This document shows positions 48,659 through 59,132 of a stretch of 64,000 nt of DNA, one piece after another (the stretch's first letter is position 1; each line of letters starts with the position of its first letter). The notes under the pieces are model-generated. The model worked only from the letters and a program-made list of their open reading frames with translations, did no database searches and was not told the DNA's origin. The stretch comes from Spirochaetia bacterium (GTDB lineage Bacteria > Spirochaetota > Spirochaetia > SP-2023): the NCBI GenBank assembly GCA_965225855.1, contig CBDDCK010000005.1, positions 704,001-768,000 on the forward strand, given 5' to 3'. Both the position numbers and the translations under genes were made by a program.

Positions 48659-49819
48659 TCAAGAAAGAACGGCTACAATGGCATTTACGGCCATTTGTAG
48701 CTGTTCTTGGTTGATGGTCAGGGGTGGAACTAGGCGCAACGTATTGGGGCTGGCACTGATACAAGCGACCTTATGTTCACTATAAAGTCTTTTTAAGTAA
48801 GGAGCTACTGGTTCATGCAAAGCAACGCCTTGCATGAGACCCAGACCGCGAACTTGTTCTACTTTATTATTGAGTTTTAATCTTTGTTGCAATTGCTCTA
48901 AAAGCCATAAGCCTTTTTTCTGAACCTCATTTAAAAATTCTGGCTGTTGGATAATTTCCAAAACCGCGCTAGCAGCACGCACTGCCAATAGATTACCCCC
49001 AAATGTGGAACCATGCGAACCATAATTGAAAGTTTCTGCCAATTCTTCGCGGGCTAAAATAGCACCGATGGGCAAACCATTCCCTAAACCTTTGGCTAGT
49101 GAAATTATGTCGGGCTTCAGCCCAAAATGCTGATAAGCAAAAATTTTACCCGTGCGCCCAATACCTGTTTGAACTTCATCAATAATCAACAAAACATTTT
49201 TTTCATGGCAAACTTGAGCTAAAGTTTGTAAAAATTGGGCCTCTACAGGATAAAGCCCTCCGTCTCCTTGAATAGGTTCAATAATCACGGCAGCTAGACT
49301 AGAATCTACAAAATCAAAAATCTTGGTATCATTGATGTGAGCATAAATATAATATTTTGCCCCCAATGGAAAAAACCCTTGTTGAATACGCTCTTGCCCT
49401 GTTGCTGAAAGTGTAGAATGACTACGCCCATGAAAAGAATTGTAAAAGGACAATATTTTCTTTTTACCCGTAAATTTACGGGCCAACTTGAAAGCAGCTT
49501 CATTGGCTTCCAGACCACTATTGCAGAAAAAAGTGCGGCTGCAATGCCCACTGATTTTGGTCAGCGTTTGGGCCAGTTCCATAACTAATGGGCTAAGAAA
49601 ATAATTGCTTGTATGCCAAACTTTTTGTAATTGATCTTCAATAGCGGCTTGCACATACGGATGGCGGTGTCCTAAGTTATTGACAGCAATGCCAGAAAAT
49701 AAATCAAGGTATTTATCACCATTTTTACTATACAACCAGCAACCTTCTGCATTATGAACCGCAAAGGGGAATGCCCGATGATCGGGATAACCGTAATTAG
49801 GGAAGAGGGGAAAAGACAT
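48659..49819 (-). CDS. argD: acetylornithine aminotransferase
   Basis: YLDLFSGIAVNNLGH, NSGLEANE, FHGRS, DEVQTGIGRTG, AKGLGNG, HGSTFGGN. Confidence 0.9.
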   Translation of the reverse strand: MSFPLFPNYGYPDHRAFPFAVHNAEGCWLYSKNGDKYLDLFSGIAVNNLGHRHPYVQAAIEDQLQKVWHTSNYFLSPLVMELAQTLTKISGHCSRTFFCNSGLEANEAAFKLARKFTGKKKILSFYNSFHGRSHSTLSATGQERIQQGFFPLGAKYYIYAHINDTKIFDFVDSSLAAVIIEPIQGDGGLYPVEAQFLQTLAQVCHEKNVLLIIDEVQTGIGRTGKIFAYQHFGLKPDIISLAKGLGNGLPIGAILAREELAETFNYGSHGSTFGGNLLAVRAASAVLEIIQQPEFLNEVQKKGLWLLEQLQQRLKLNNKVEQVRGLGLMQGVALHEPVAPYLKRLYSEHKVACISASPNTLRLVPPLTINQEQLQMAVNAIVAVLS

Positions 49820-49845
49820 GATTATTTTTCTCAATTTATATACTG

Positions 49846-50292
49846 CTACTTTACATTATTTAATTCCAATAATGTATAAATAATACTAGGATCAACATGA
49901 CTCGTGCGAATAATTTTATAACCAATAAAAGTAGAAAGTACAGGACTCAATAAAATAAGGCCTAAAACCAAACTAATAAAACCTGGGCTCAACAGGTAAA
50001 GAACAGCAGGGAAAGAACCTATAAGGCGATAGATACGTTTGAGCTTGTAATTGCAAAGAGCTTGCCGAATACGCATTTTAATGACCAGAAAAAGTGAAAC
50101 ATAACCAATGAGAACACTTAACGACTCAATCGTTATAATCATTTGTGTTTCACAATTTTCTGCAAAAATATTAGTGATAATAAATAATTCTAATATAATT
50201 GGTAGAAATAATACAAGCGTTAAAGACAAAGCAACAGGGAATTTCTTTGGGTTAAGCAGATTATTTAAAAGAATATATAGTTGATCTTCCAT
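49846..50292 (-). CDS. FxsA-like membrane protein
   Basis: PIILELF, LLSPGFIS..LG.ILL.P. Confidence 0.6.
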   Translation of the reverse strand: MEDQLYILLNNLLNPKKFPVALSLTLVLFLPIILELFIITNIFAENCETQMIITIESLSVLIGYVSLFLVIKMRIRQALCNYKLKRIYRLIGSFPAVLYLLSPGFISLVLGLILLSPVLSTFIGYKIIRTSHVDPSIIYTLLELNNVK

Positions 50293-50315
50293 TAAATGGT
50301 TCCTTCAAAAAAATA

Positions 50316-51470
50316 TTAATTCTTTTTTACAGTAAAGATAGATAAAAATAAAATTTTTATAAGAAATATTAAAATACAAAATAATTCTGGCCATTTCCAA
50401 GGAAATAATAAATAGGTTAGAGGTGCCAATACTTTCAAAAATACAATTTTTGAAGGACGATATTTGCTAGAAAAATCTTGCAAAGCTTTCGGATAATCCA
50501 ACACAAAAAAAGATTTTATTTTCCGCTCACCATTTTTACCGTCAATAAAATCATGAATATTTATATTTTTTGTCAATAGAAGCAAAGTGGGTGCAGATTT
50601 ATTGATCACAGTGCGAATTTCATTGATGCGCCTACCCCTTTGATAGCGCTGATAGCGCGCAGTATAACGCCCCAATATTTTAATATTTTGAAATGAAGTC
50701 TTTAAACTATTTTCTAGATGGTTGAGTTCTAAAGCTGTACCACCTATTAAAAATATAGAGCAGTGATATTTATCAAGATCACTGAGCAAATTAACCGTAA
50801 AATTAAATTCCGTTAAAAATTCATAAACGGGCTTTTCCGAATGGTTTGTATTTAATGTTTTAGCGGAAAGAATACGAAAAAACCATTGCATTAATATTCC
50901 TTGGGGATACACCATGTTTGCAGTTTGCAAAACTCGGCGCGTGGGTGGATGCAGTAAAGATTTTAAATAACGAGAGAAATTCAAAAACAAAATATTGAAA
51001 TTATAACCATCGCCATTGTCCATAATGCGAGCTATGTACTCGCTTGATTTACTCTCATCTTTGTTATATCGCATTTCCTTAATAATTTTTTTAAACCTTT
51101 TTTGTCTATCGTTTTCAATTTTATATAGACGTCTAACAACTAATTCAAAATTTTCTTCGGAAATATAGGAAAGATTTATATATTTATTTAGCACAACTTT
51201 TTCTAGTTTTATATCGTGCCATGGGTCTGTATACGGGTCTGTATCTTTATTAACATTTTCGTCAAAGGTTTCTTCTACCAGATCAAGCGTGGTTTGGACT
51301 TGTATTAATTTGGTGTTTTTTAACACATTTTCATTGGGCTGGGGGAATAAGCGCTCTGTCTGATTTTTTACATTTTGGCTTACTTCTTTTGAATCATTGA
51401 TTTTGTTTTTATTCTTTAACACTTTGTCAGACGAGTCTGCTGGCCAGTCTGGCTTATCTTCTGTTATCAT
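50316..51470 (-). CDS. WecB/TagA/CpsF-like glycosyltransferase (divergent)
   Basis: SIFLIGG..LKTSFQNIKILGRY, INKSAPTLLL; start at MITED after GAAGGGG (ORF track 51533). Confidence 0.55.
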   Translation of the reverse strand: MITEDKPDWPADSSDKVLKNKNKINDSKEVSQNVKNQTERLFPQPNENVLKNTKLIQVQTTLDLVEETFDENVNKDTDPYTDPWHDIKLEKVVLNKYINLSYISEENFELVVRRLYKIENDRQKRFKKIIKEMRYNKDESKSSEYIARIMDNGDGYNFNILFLNFSRYLKSLLHPPTRRVLQTANMVYPQGILMQWFFRILSAKTLNTNHSEKPVYEFLTEFNFTVNLLSDLDKYHCSIFLIGGTALELNHLENSLKTSFQNIKILGRYTARYQRYQRGRRINEIRTVINKSAPTLLLLTKNINIHDFIDGKNGERKIKSFFVLDYPKALQDFSSKYRPSKIVFLKVLAPLTYLLFPWKWPELFCILIFLIKILFLSIFTVKKN

Positions 51471-51505
51471 AGTCACCCCTTCTTTTTTGTACAGAATTAG
51501 CTGTT

Positions 51506-51916
51506 TTACAACAAAGCTGGTAGTAATTGGCATTGGATTTGCCGCTGAAATCTGGGGCCATCAAATTCACAAAAATAAATCCCTTGCCACGTGCCCAAAA
51601 CAAGGCGGCCTTGAGACACAGGCACCAACAAAGAAGACCCCGTCATAATAGCTTGGATATGCGAATCTGAATTCCCTTCTCCGTGGATAAAAGATGGACT
51701 TTTGGGGACCAACACTGTATAGTGTCGGAGAAAATCTTGCTGCACTGTAGGATCGGCATTTTCATTGACCGTCAAGGCAGCAGTTGTATGTTGGCAAAAC
51801 AGCAATAGAGCAGCTTCACGGTATTTTTGTAATAGGTCGCCAACTAAATCTTTTATATCTGCAGTAATATCTATCATTTGTTTACGGCGACTAGAATCTA
51901 CTTTTAACTCTCTCAT
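51506..51916 (-). CDS. yjbQ: YjbQ/UPF0047 family protein
   Basis: HTTAALTVNENADP, EGNSDSHI, LGTWQGIYFCEFDGPR. Confidence 0.92.
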   Translation of the reverse strand: MRELKVDSSRRKQMIDITADIKDLVGDLLQKYREAALLLFCQHTTAALTVNENADPTVQQDFLRHYTVLVPKSPSFIHGEGNSDSHIQAIMTGSSLLVPVSQGRLVLGTWQGIYFCEFDGPRFQRQIQCQLLPALL

Positions 51917-51998
51917 AACTACTTTTAAACTCTCCTAAAGTAATTAAATACAAACAATACAGTCGCGTTAGACAGTGATTATAACCAATATGGGTAAA

Positions 51999-54134
51999 TC
52001 ATTCATGGTCTTCAGGTATCTTTTCGCCATTTTTTGAAAATTCGGTAAATAGGCTGAAAGGCGTTGCTTGCTTATATATGCTGGTTTTGACTAATGCATC
52101 TTGGCTACCGATAAAACAAACCCTTTGTTTGGCCCGAGTGATGGCTGTATACAATAGTGGTTTCGACCAAAAATTCCCTGATTCTGGCATAAGTATACAA
52201 ACGTTAGAGTATTCTGAACCTTGGCTTTTATGGATAGTTTGCACAAATGATACTTCGCAATGTTCGAGTTGCCCTATGGGCAATAGGCGATATCTACTTA
52301 GCAGCCCATCTTCGCCTCTTTTGGTGTTTTGGGCATTTTGAGAATTGGGCGATTCAAAAACACCATAGAGTTGAGACTCAAAACCCAATTGTAAACAAAA
52401 ACCGCGATCGCCATTATGCAACCCCAGTTGGTAATTATTGCGAGTTATTTGAATTGGGCAGCCATGAAAAAAACCAAAGTTTTCTGCTTTGCCAAATTGC
52501 CGTGCCCCATATTGCAACAGCATTTGGCTGATAGTTTGCGCTCCACCTGCCCCACGCAGCAATGGACTTAGTATGCTATAATTATGCAACCATTGAAAAT
52601 ACGGTTCAATCATATCCCCGGTCATATTCACAGCAGAGCCTGTATTTGCATGATGGAGGGCAATATAGGGGCACCAGTTTTTCCACAAATAACCAAGCAA
52701 TTCAGCATGTTGTTCCCAATTTCCAGATACAGTCGGTAGGCTCAAAGGTTGCCAAGAAATAATAGAGTTGTGTTTTTTATTCTCTGTTGGCAATAGCTGG
52801 GCAAAGTTTTGTTCTTGTAATTTTTGTCCTCGCAACACATTTTGAGAGAGCTGCTGTATTTCAGCCACAGAACGATGACTGGTTTTTAGCTCCACCAGAC
52901 AATCAGCTAAAATAGAATTTTTCCTAACAATGGCAGCAAGCAATTCTGTCCAAAACGCCCCACAACCAACGGGCGGTAATTGCTCTGGGTCTCCAATCAA
53001 AATCACACGAGTTTGGGGGTGCAAGTGAGAAAACAAGTTCCAAGCTATTTCGCAATCTAACATCGAAACTTCGTCTATCACCAGTAAATCCAAGCGGAGT
53101 AGTGCGATATTTTTGGGATTGCGATAATGTAAATGGGTTTGTATTGCCGGGCGGTGTAATTTTGCTGCCGACCAACCTAAACCCAGCAATTTATGTAAGG
53201 TAGAGGCCTTAAACCTTTCACTTTCTGCACCCAAGATATTAGCTAAATTTTGCAACATTCGTTGGGCCGCTCGAGCGGTGGGTGCACAAAGTGCCAATTC
53301 AAGTTTGCGCTGTGTGTTACTTTGTTCGGCTTGTTTGAATATCTGCAATAAGCTAGCCAGCAAAGTTGTTTTGCCACTACCTGGCCCTCCAGAAATTAAT
53401 AACAAATGGCTTTGGCATAATTTCTCTAAACAATTTTGCAATACTCTCTGCTTTTGTGGCAAACGGTGTTGCTTACCGTTTGCCAACGTTTCATTTTTCA
53501 TATGGGCCAATGTATCCAGCAAAAACTGGGGCTGCCCGAATAAATTTTCTTGAAATAATTTTGCAGGTTTGCTTTTGTTGCGAATGCAATGGAATAAATT
53601 TTGTTGGAGCTGTGCCATACGAACCAAGCAAAAACCCAGCTCTCCATGTTGTTCACTTTGCCAATAGCAAAAATACGCCCCCCCATACGCTTCAAAATAT
53701 GGGGTTTGGTTTTCTTCTTTTACAGCACAAAATTTGGGTAGTTGTTTTAAATATGCATTATCCATTTTACGCAAATTATGAAAGCAAAGACCATTATGTA
53801 AATAGCTGGTTAGCTCTTGAGCATCTCTTGGACTATTCATTTGGCTGACTACAGCAACAATAGTTATTTGCAATATTTCCAATAATTCGCTAAAACGGAA
53901 ACACAAACGACCACTGAAATCGTTATTAAGAAATTGTTCTTCACTATGTAATTGGCTAGTCCCTTGTGCCAACAATATCGCTAATGCCAATAATAAGGCT
54001 TCTTCATGCGCTGCAGCTTCTTTGCGATATTGCTGATAAATCAAAGTATATAAGGCTGGTAGCTGGGCTAATCTGGCTAAATATATTTTTTCCAAATCAA
54101 GAAAATTTTTAGAAAATAATTTTGTTTCTTCCAT
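51999..54134 (-). CDS. recD: RecD-like SF1 helicase
   Basis: GGPGSGKTT, APTARAA, DEVSM, GDPEQLPPV, TIHKSQGSEY, LYTAITRAK. Confidence 0.85.
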   Translation of the reverse strand: MEETKLFSKNFLDLEKIYLARLAQLPALYTLIYQQYRKEAAAHEEALLLALAILLAQGTSQLHSEEQFLNNDFSGRLCFRFSELLEILQITIVAVVSQMNSPRDAQELTSYLHNGLCFHNLRKMDNAYLKQLPKFCAVKEENQTPYFEAYGGAYFCYWQSEQHGELGFCLVRMAQLQQNLFHCIRNKSKPAKLFQENLFGQPQFLLDTLAHMKNETLANGKQHRLPQKQRVLQNCLEKLCQSHLLLISGGPGSGKTTLLASLLQIFKQAEQSNTQRKLELALCAPTARAAQRMLQNLANILGAESERFKASTLHKLLGLGWSAAKLHRPAIQTHLHYRNPKNIALLRLDLLVIDEVSMLDCEIAWNLFSHLHPQTRVILIGDPEQLPPVGCGAFWTELLAAIVRKNSILADCLVELKTSHRSVAEIQQLSQNVLRGQKLQEQNFAQLLPTENKKHNSIISWQPLSLPTVSGNWEQHAELLGYLWKNWCPYIALHHANTGSAVNMTGDMIEPYFQWLHNYSILSPLLRGAGGAQTISQMLLQYGARQFGKAENFGFFHGCPIQITRNNYQLGLHNGDRGFCLQLGFESQLYGVFESPNSQNAQNTKRGEDGLLSRYRLLPIGQLEHCEVSFVQTIHKSQGSEYSNVCILMPESGNFWSKPLLYTAITRAKQRVCFIGSQDALVKTSIYKQATPFSLFTEFSKNGEKIPEDHE

Positions 54135-54146
54135 TTACTAAGCCAT

Positions 54147-54728
54147 TTAAGTAAGCCATTCTATATTGTGGCTCAGCAGATTATTTTGCCTATCGAAAAC
54201 AAAATAGCCACAAATCCGCCCACCTTGCAACACATAAGGTAACCATAAGGCATCATCTTGCCACATTTGGTATAAAGGCAGGCGGTCGCGCTTACACCAA
54301 AATGGTGCAGCTTCTTTGCTAACTTGGGGCGTTCCAAGCCATTCATTGCAGAAATAAGCATAACCGCGCATGCGCTTACCATCGGGCGAATGGAAGTATA
54401 AATCAGCACCTAGATGGAAATTACGTGGCTCTATCGAAATTTCTTCCAAACATTCACGCACTACACATTGTTCTAAAGTTTCGCCGGGCTCTCGCTTGCC
54501 ACCGGGGCCACTGATCAAACCGTAAGCATAATCACTAAGCCGCTTGATCAGCAAGACTTCATCTGTTTCTGGGTTGGTAATATAACACAGCACCGCTTCC
54601 ACAGTGGGCTGCCACTGTTCCCAATTTATATCGTGGACACTGGGCAATTGCTTTAAGGCTTCTGTATAGTTGACAAGCTCTGAAATTTTCACCTCAAGAA
54701 ATATAACAATGAAAGTTTGACAAGGCAA
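54147..54728 (-). CDS. Nudix hydrolase, 8-oxo-dGTP diphosphatase-like
   Basis: GGKREPGETLEQCVVRECLEE, MWQDDALWLP; likely start GTG 54692. Confidence 0.85.
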   Translation of the reverse strand: MPCQTFIVIFLEVKISELVNYTEALKQLPSVHDINWEQWQPTVEAVLCYITNPETDEVLLIKRLSDYAYGLISGPGGKREPGETLEQCVVRECLEEISIEPRNFHLGADLYFHSPDGKRMRGYAYFCNEWLGTPQVSKEAAPFWCKRDRLPLYQMWQDDALWLPYVLQGGRICGYFVFDRQNNLLSHNIEWLT

Positions 54729-54809
54729 TAACTACAAAAACATTATTGCAAACAAATGAAAATAAAGCCGATTACCATAACATCAAGCGGCGATCGGCTT
54801 TATTGAAAA

Positions 54810-54893
54810 TACCGGCGGTGGGACTCGAACCCACACGGGATCACTCCCACAAGATTTTGAGTCTAGCGTGTCTACCAATTCCACCACGCCGGC
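54810..54893 (-). tRNA. tRNA-Leu(CAA)
   Basis: GCCGGCGTGGTGGAATTGGTAGACACGCTAGACTCAAAATCTTG...GGTTCGAGTCCCACCGCCGGTA; long variable arm; CCA not encoded. Confidence 0.96.
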
Positions 54894-55009
54894 CCATGAT
54901 CGATAAATATATTGAAATGGTTGATAGATGTCAATAGCAATTTGCATTATTGTTTCTATTTATCTGTTTACCTGAATATACTAATTGCGTTATAATCCTT
55001 GCTTTCAGT

Positions 55010-57118
55010 ATGGAATACCAAGTTACCGCCACGCGCCGCCGCCCACAAAATTTGCAACAACTTTCTGGGCAAGGTTTTGTCCAGCAAACGTTGCATAATG
55101 CTATTAGCAGTGGTCGTATAGCTCATGCTTATTTATTTTCCGGCCCGCGCGGTGTGGGTAAAACTTCTACAGCGCGGATTTTGGCGCGTTCTTTAAACTG
55201 TGAGCAAGGCCCTTCTAGTACGCCTTGTAATCAATGCTCGAATTGCCAAGATATTCTTGTTGGCAAAGCCATCGATGTGATTGAAATTGATGGGGCATCG
55301 CATACTGGGGTCGATGATATTCGCGAAATAAAAGATGAAGTGCTTTATGCGCCCAGTAGCTCCCGTTATAAAATATTTATTATTGACGAAGTGCATATGC
55401 TTTCCAACAGTGCTTTTAATGCACTTTTGAAAACTATAGAAGAACCTCCCGAGTATATTGTTTTTATTTTTGCGACCACGGAAATCCACAAAGTGCCATT
55501 GACGGTGCGCAGCCGTTGCCAGCATTATCATTTTCATTTGGTGCAGCTAGAGCTTATCCAACAAAACTTAGCTGCCGCTTGTGATGAAATTGGCTTAGAA
55601 TACCGAACAGAAGCATTGGTCTGGGTGGCTCGTGAAGCTAAAGGCTCTATGCGAGATGCCTATACTTTATTTGATCAAGTTGTATCATTTTGTGGTGGTA
55701 ATGCCCTAAGCTTAGAATTGATCGAAGAAAAGATGGGGCTGATTGCCATTGACCAGATCGGCTACCTTTGTGATGCTTTGATTGAAGCCCAGATGGAAAC
55801 TGCCATTAGCTTATACCAAAACATCATTCAAAGTGGCACCTCGTTAGAGCAATTGCTAATTGATTTATGTGAATATTTGCGCGCTTTGCTATTGCTGCAA
55901 AGTGGGCTCAGTGAGCAACAATTATTGTTGCTTTTGCCTTATCCCTCCAGCCATTACAGCGCAAAAGCCCAACAAGCTTGGAATAGCGAACAGCTCTGCC
56001 ATATTTTGGAGCGTTGCTTTCATTTATATCGCAACCTGCGTTATTCTATTAATGAGCATTTTGAATTTGAGCTATTGCTGTTTGAGCTGGTCCACCTGCG
56101 CTATTATAGTAGTAATGCTTATCAGCTAAAGCGTTTAGAAGAATTAACTGGTCAACTACAAAAGGGCTTGCCCGATTATGATGTAGTCGCCGACAAAAAA
56201 AACTCTAAGTGCTTAGAGCTTGAATCCAAATTACCAAAAGTAAATATAGCCCAGCCAGTCAATAGCCATCATCAAAATAATGCCCAGAGTAATCTTCAAG
56301 AAAATCTTCAAGCTGTTTTATCCGAGGGGGTAACTTCTGCTGCGTCTTCAGTATCTACAACACATGTAGATGAGTTACAAGATATTGCTGGAAAAGAATC
56401 ATTAAAAAATGCACTAGAGCTAGAAACGAAGTCCAATATCAGCATAGAATTGCGGGCAATGGTGCTCAAACGATTACAGCACAGCAATCCAACGCTAGCC
56501 CAAAGCCTTGCTCAAGCTTGTTGGACATGGTTAGCAAAAGACCATTGCCTCAATATCCTATTGCCTGATGTTGCAGTACAGCAAAAGTTAAAACAAAATA
56601 ACAGCTTATTCCTCCGTGTTTTTCAACAAGCTTTAGCGAATAGCAAAATTTCATCGATCACCAAACTAAGTTTTCTCCATCAAGATGATTCTCAAGCTAA
56701 TTACCCAGTTGTTCCTACTGTAGCCAGAGTCGATGAAGTATCTGTGCTTCAATCTAGGGCCATAGAGCTAGCACCCCCACAAGTTAATAAAATATTGGCC
56801 CAAGCACCGGCAGAACCCCAAATGATTGAGCCGACTGCTTCATATATTTTACCCGATATGTCGCAAGTAATCTCCCACAAAGTTCCACAATCTTCGGCCA
56901 AATTTTCAGATGTAGTAACAGATGAAGGAAAAACGGTTGAAAAAGAAACGAAAGATAGTTTGTTGGAACAAGCTTCCAAGCGCATTGTTGGCGAGCAAAT
57001 AATTAATGATTATTCCCAATTGCCTAAAGAATTACAGATATTGCAAAAAGTCTTATTGGCCCAAGTGAAAAAAATACAAATAGAACCAAAATATGAAAAT
57101 AAAAATCAAAGTGATTGA
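55010..57118 (+). CDS. dnaX: DNA polymerase III subunit gamma/tau
   Basis: HAYLFSGPRGVGKT, EIDGAS, IIDEVHML, NALLKTIEEPP, SRC; start set at MEYQV (ORF track 54950). Confidence 0.96.
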   Translation: MEYQVTATRRRPQNLQQLSGQGFVQQTLHNAISSGRIAHAYLFSGPRGVGKTSTARILARSLNCEQGPSSTPCNQCSNCQDILVGKAIDVIEIDGASHTGVDDIREIKDEVLYAPSSSRYKIFIIDEVHMLSNSAFNALLKTIEEPPEYIVFIFATTEIHKVPLTVRSRCQHYHFHLVQLELIQQNLAAACDEIGLEYRTEALVWVAREAKGSMRDAYTLFDQVVSFCGGNALSLELIEEKMGLIAIDQIGYLCDALIEAQMETAISLYQNIIQSGTSLEQLLIDLCEYLRALLLLQSGLSEQQLLLLLPYPSSHYSAKAQQAWNSEQLCHILERCFHLYRNLRYSINEHFEFELLLFELVHLRYYSSNAYQLKRLEELTGQLQKGLPDYDVVADKKNSKCLELESKLPKVNIAQPVNSHHQNNAQSNLQENLQAVLSEGVTSAASSVSTTHVDELQDIAGKESLKNALELETKSNISIELRAMVLKRLQHSNPTLAQSLAQACWTWLAKDHCLNILLPDVAVQQKLKQNNSLFLRVFQQALANSKISSITKLSFLHQDDSQANYPVVPTVARVDEVSVLQSRAIELAPPQVNKILAQAPAEPQMIEPTASYILPDMSQVISHKVPQSSAKFSDVVTDEGKTVEKETKDSLLEQASKRIVGEQIINDYSQLPKELQILQKVLLAQVKKIQIEPKYENKNQSD

Positions 57119-57252
57119 GAAGGTTGCCCAAAAATATTTGGTAAAATAAGGAATAGGAAATAATAACTCTAGTCTATGGTTACCTTTTCCGAATATTTAA
57201 CAATATGAAATTATTGTGCTGGAAAAGCCCAACAGATGAATAGGAGAATTTT

Positions 57253-57546
57253 ATGAATCCCTTAGAATTGCTGCAACAAGCAAATTTAAAAAGTAATATG
57301 AATGAATTACAAAACCAATTACAAGGCTTAACAGCGACCGGTTCTGCCGGTGGCGAGCTGGTACAAGTTGTCTTTAATGGTGCCATGGAGGTCAAAAGCG
57401 TGAAGATTGACCCCATAGTGGTAGACCCACGTGATGTGGGAATGTTAGAGCAATTGGTGGCATCAGCCATTGTCGATGCACAAAATAAAATCAAGCAAAA
57501 AATCCAGTTTCAATTTAACCCCATGATGGGCATGTTTAATTCATAA
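57253..57546 (+). CDS. ebfC: YbaB/EbfC nucleoid-associated protein
   Basis: GSAGGELVQV..NG, IDP..VDP.DV.MLE; between dnaX and recR. Confidence 0.92.
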   Translation: MNPLELLQQANLKSNMNELQNQLQGLTATGSAGGELVQVVFNGAMEVKSVKIDPIVVDPRDVGMLEQLVASAIVDAQNKIKQKIQFQFNPMMGMFNS

Positions 57547-57549
57547 TAT

Positions 57550-58146
57550 ATGAACCCTTTAGACCCGTTGATCCGCCAATTTTCTAGTTTGCCGGGGATT
57601 GGCCGTAAAAGTGCTGCACGCATTGTTTTTTATATACTCAATGCTCCAGAGCAGCAAGCGCAGCAATTGGGCCAAAGCTTAGTAGAGTTGCACCAACAAA
57701 TTCAGCATTGCCCCGATTGTGGCAATTATATGGCAGTGGGTTCAACAAGTGTTTGCCATATTTGCACCAACCTCCACAGAAATCCTGAAAAACTTTGTAT
57801 TGTGGAACATATCCAAGATTTGTACACCATTGAAGGGTCGCAAACTTTTGACGGTTACTACCAAGTTTTGCATGGGGTACTTTCGCCAATTGATGGGGTT
57901 GGGCCAGAACAACTGGGTATTCCCCAATTGTTGAAACGGGTGGAACAACAGGGCTTTCGTGAGATTATTTTGGCGACAAACCCAACTTTAGAAGGTGATG
58001 CCACAGCTATTTATATTAAGCAGCAGCTTGCCGATAAAATAATTACGCTTAGCCGTATCGCCTCTGGTTTGCCGGTGGGCGGTGATTTAGAATACGCCGA
58101 TCGTTTAAGTGTTGCCCGAGCTTTGGAAAGCCGTTATCCAATTTAA
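57550..58146 (+). CDS. recR: recombination mediator RecR
   Basis: LPGIGRKSA.R, C4 zinc finger, ATNPTLEGDATA, GLPVGGDLEYAD. Confidence 0.97.
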   Translation: MNPLDPLIRQFSSLPGIGRKSAARIVFYILNAPEQQAQQLGQSLVELHQQIQHCPDCGNYMAVGSTSVCHICTNLHRNPEKLCIVEHIQDLYTIEGSQTFDGYYQVLHGVLSPIDGVGPEQLGIPQLLKRVEQQGFREIILATNPTLEGDATAIYIKQQLADKIITLSRIASGLPVGGDLEYADRLSVARALESRYPI

Positions 58147-58214
58147 CTCTTGGCAATTTTAGGCATATTTTGGCACTGCAGTAAATTATATTATAAGCAA
58201 GGACAGAATAAGCA

Positions 58215-58247
58215 CAAAAAATGGGAACCGATAATGAGTTCCCATTT
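58215..58247 (-). terminator. intrinsic terminator between recR and the peroxiredoxin gene
   Basis: AAATGGGAAC-N9-GTTCCCATTT with a U-run on the minus strand. Confidence 0.65.
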
Positions 58248-58307
58248 AAACCAATCCAAACCAATTTTGGTCAAGCTATTCCAACGAACGCCAATCTAAA
58301 CCCAATT

Positions 58308-59051
58308 TTAAACCACTGGATTATTTTGCAAATAAACATCTAGTTCTTTGTTACTGCCAATCAATTGACCGCCGATAAAAACCTGTGGGGTTGTTGTCTT
58401 TTGAGTAATGGCGCGCAAACTGACAATAGAGGCATCGCTACCCAACACAATTTCTTCATACTGTAAATTGCGTTCTGTTAAGGCATTTTTAATTTTGGCA
58501 CAATACGGACAACCCGGGCGGGTAAAAACAGTAATAGACTGCTGTGCCTGGTGATCGGGTGCAATATATTTTAGCATGGTATCGGCATCGGAAACTTTAA
58601 AAGGGTCGCCCGGTTCTTCAGGCTCAATGAACATTTTTGCCACTTCGCCATTTTTAACCAACATGCTATACCGCCAGGAACGCATGCCAAAACCCAAGGC
58701 AGAAAAGTCTTTTAATAAACCCATTCCTTTGGAAAATTCACCATTGCCATCGGGAACCATTTCAATATTTTCTGCTTCCAAGTCTCTCTTCCAAGCGTTC
58801 ATTACAAATGTATCATTTACCGATACGCAGAGAATGGAATCAATACCATATTTTTGGAAAGTTGGGAACATCTCATTATAGCGTGGCAAATGGCTTGATG
58901 AACAAGTTGGGGTAAAAGCCCCTGGCAAACTAAAAACAATAACAGTTTTCCCTTTAAATAAATCATCTGTACTGACATCGTGCCAGCTATCTTCGCGGCG
59001 AACCTTAAATGTAACTTGCGGTACGCTTTGCCCTGTTTTGTCTTGGGACAT
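58308..59051 (-). CDS. hybrid peroxiredoxin-glutaredoxin (Prx5/PGdx type)
   Basis: PGAFTPTCS, SVNDTFVM, RSWRYSM, C-terminal CPYC..TPQVFIGG. Confidence 0.95.
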   Translation of the reverse strand: MSQDKTGQSVPQVTFKVRREDSWHDVSTDDLFKGKTVIVFSLPGAFTPTCSSSHLPRYNEMFPTFQKYGIDSILCVSVNDTFVMNAWKRDLEAENIEMVPDGNGEFSKGMGLLKDFSALGFGMRSWRYSMLVKNGEVAKMFIEPEEPGDPFKVSDADTMLKYIAPDHQAQQSITVFTRPGCPYCAKIKNALTERNLQYEEIVLGSDASIVSLRAITQKTTTPQVFIGGQLIGSNKELDVYLQNNPVV

Positions 59052-59081
59052 AGAAACTCCTAGTAAAAATTATATGAAATT

Positions 59082-59132
59082 TTGTGAAAAGATCACAAGC
59101 TGCAATGATACTTTAAATCAAGTTAAAGTCAA
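59082..59132 (-). promoter_or_regulatory. promoter and palindromic operator of the Prx-Grx gene
   Basis: Minus strand TTGACT-16-TATCAT (59132-59105); TTGTGA-N5-TCACAA (59082-59098) between -10 and RBS. Confidence 0.55.

Noticed and set aside
51999..54134. recD without recB/recC as a novel system
   Set aside because: Partners may be elsewhere in the genome and stand-alone RecD-like helicases are common
54810..54893. tRNA as an island integration site
   Set aside because: No duplicated tRNA 3' end or integrase noticed; flanks are housekeeping genes
54746..54937. 63-aa ORF
   Set aside because: It is the reverse complement of tRNA-Leu
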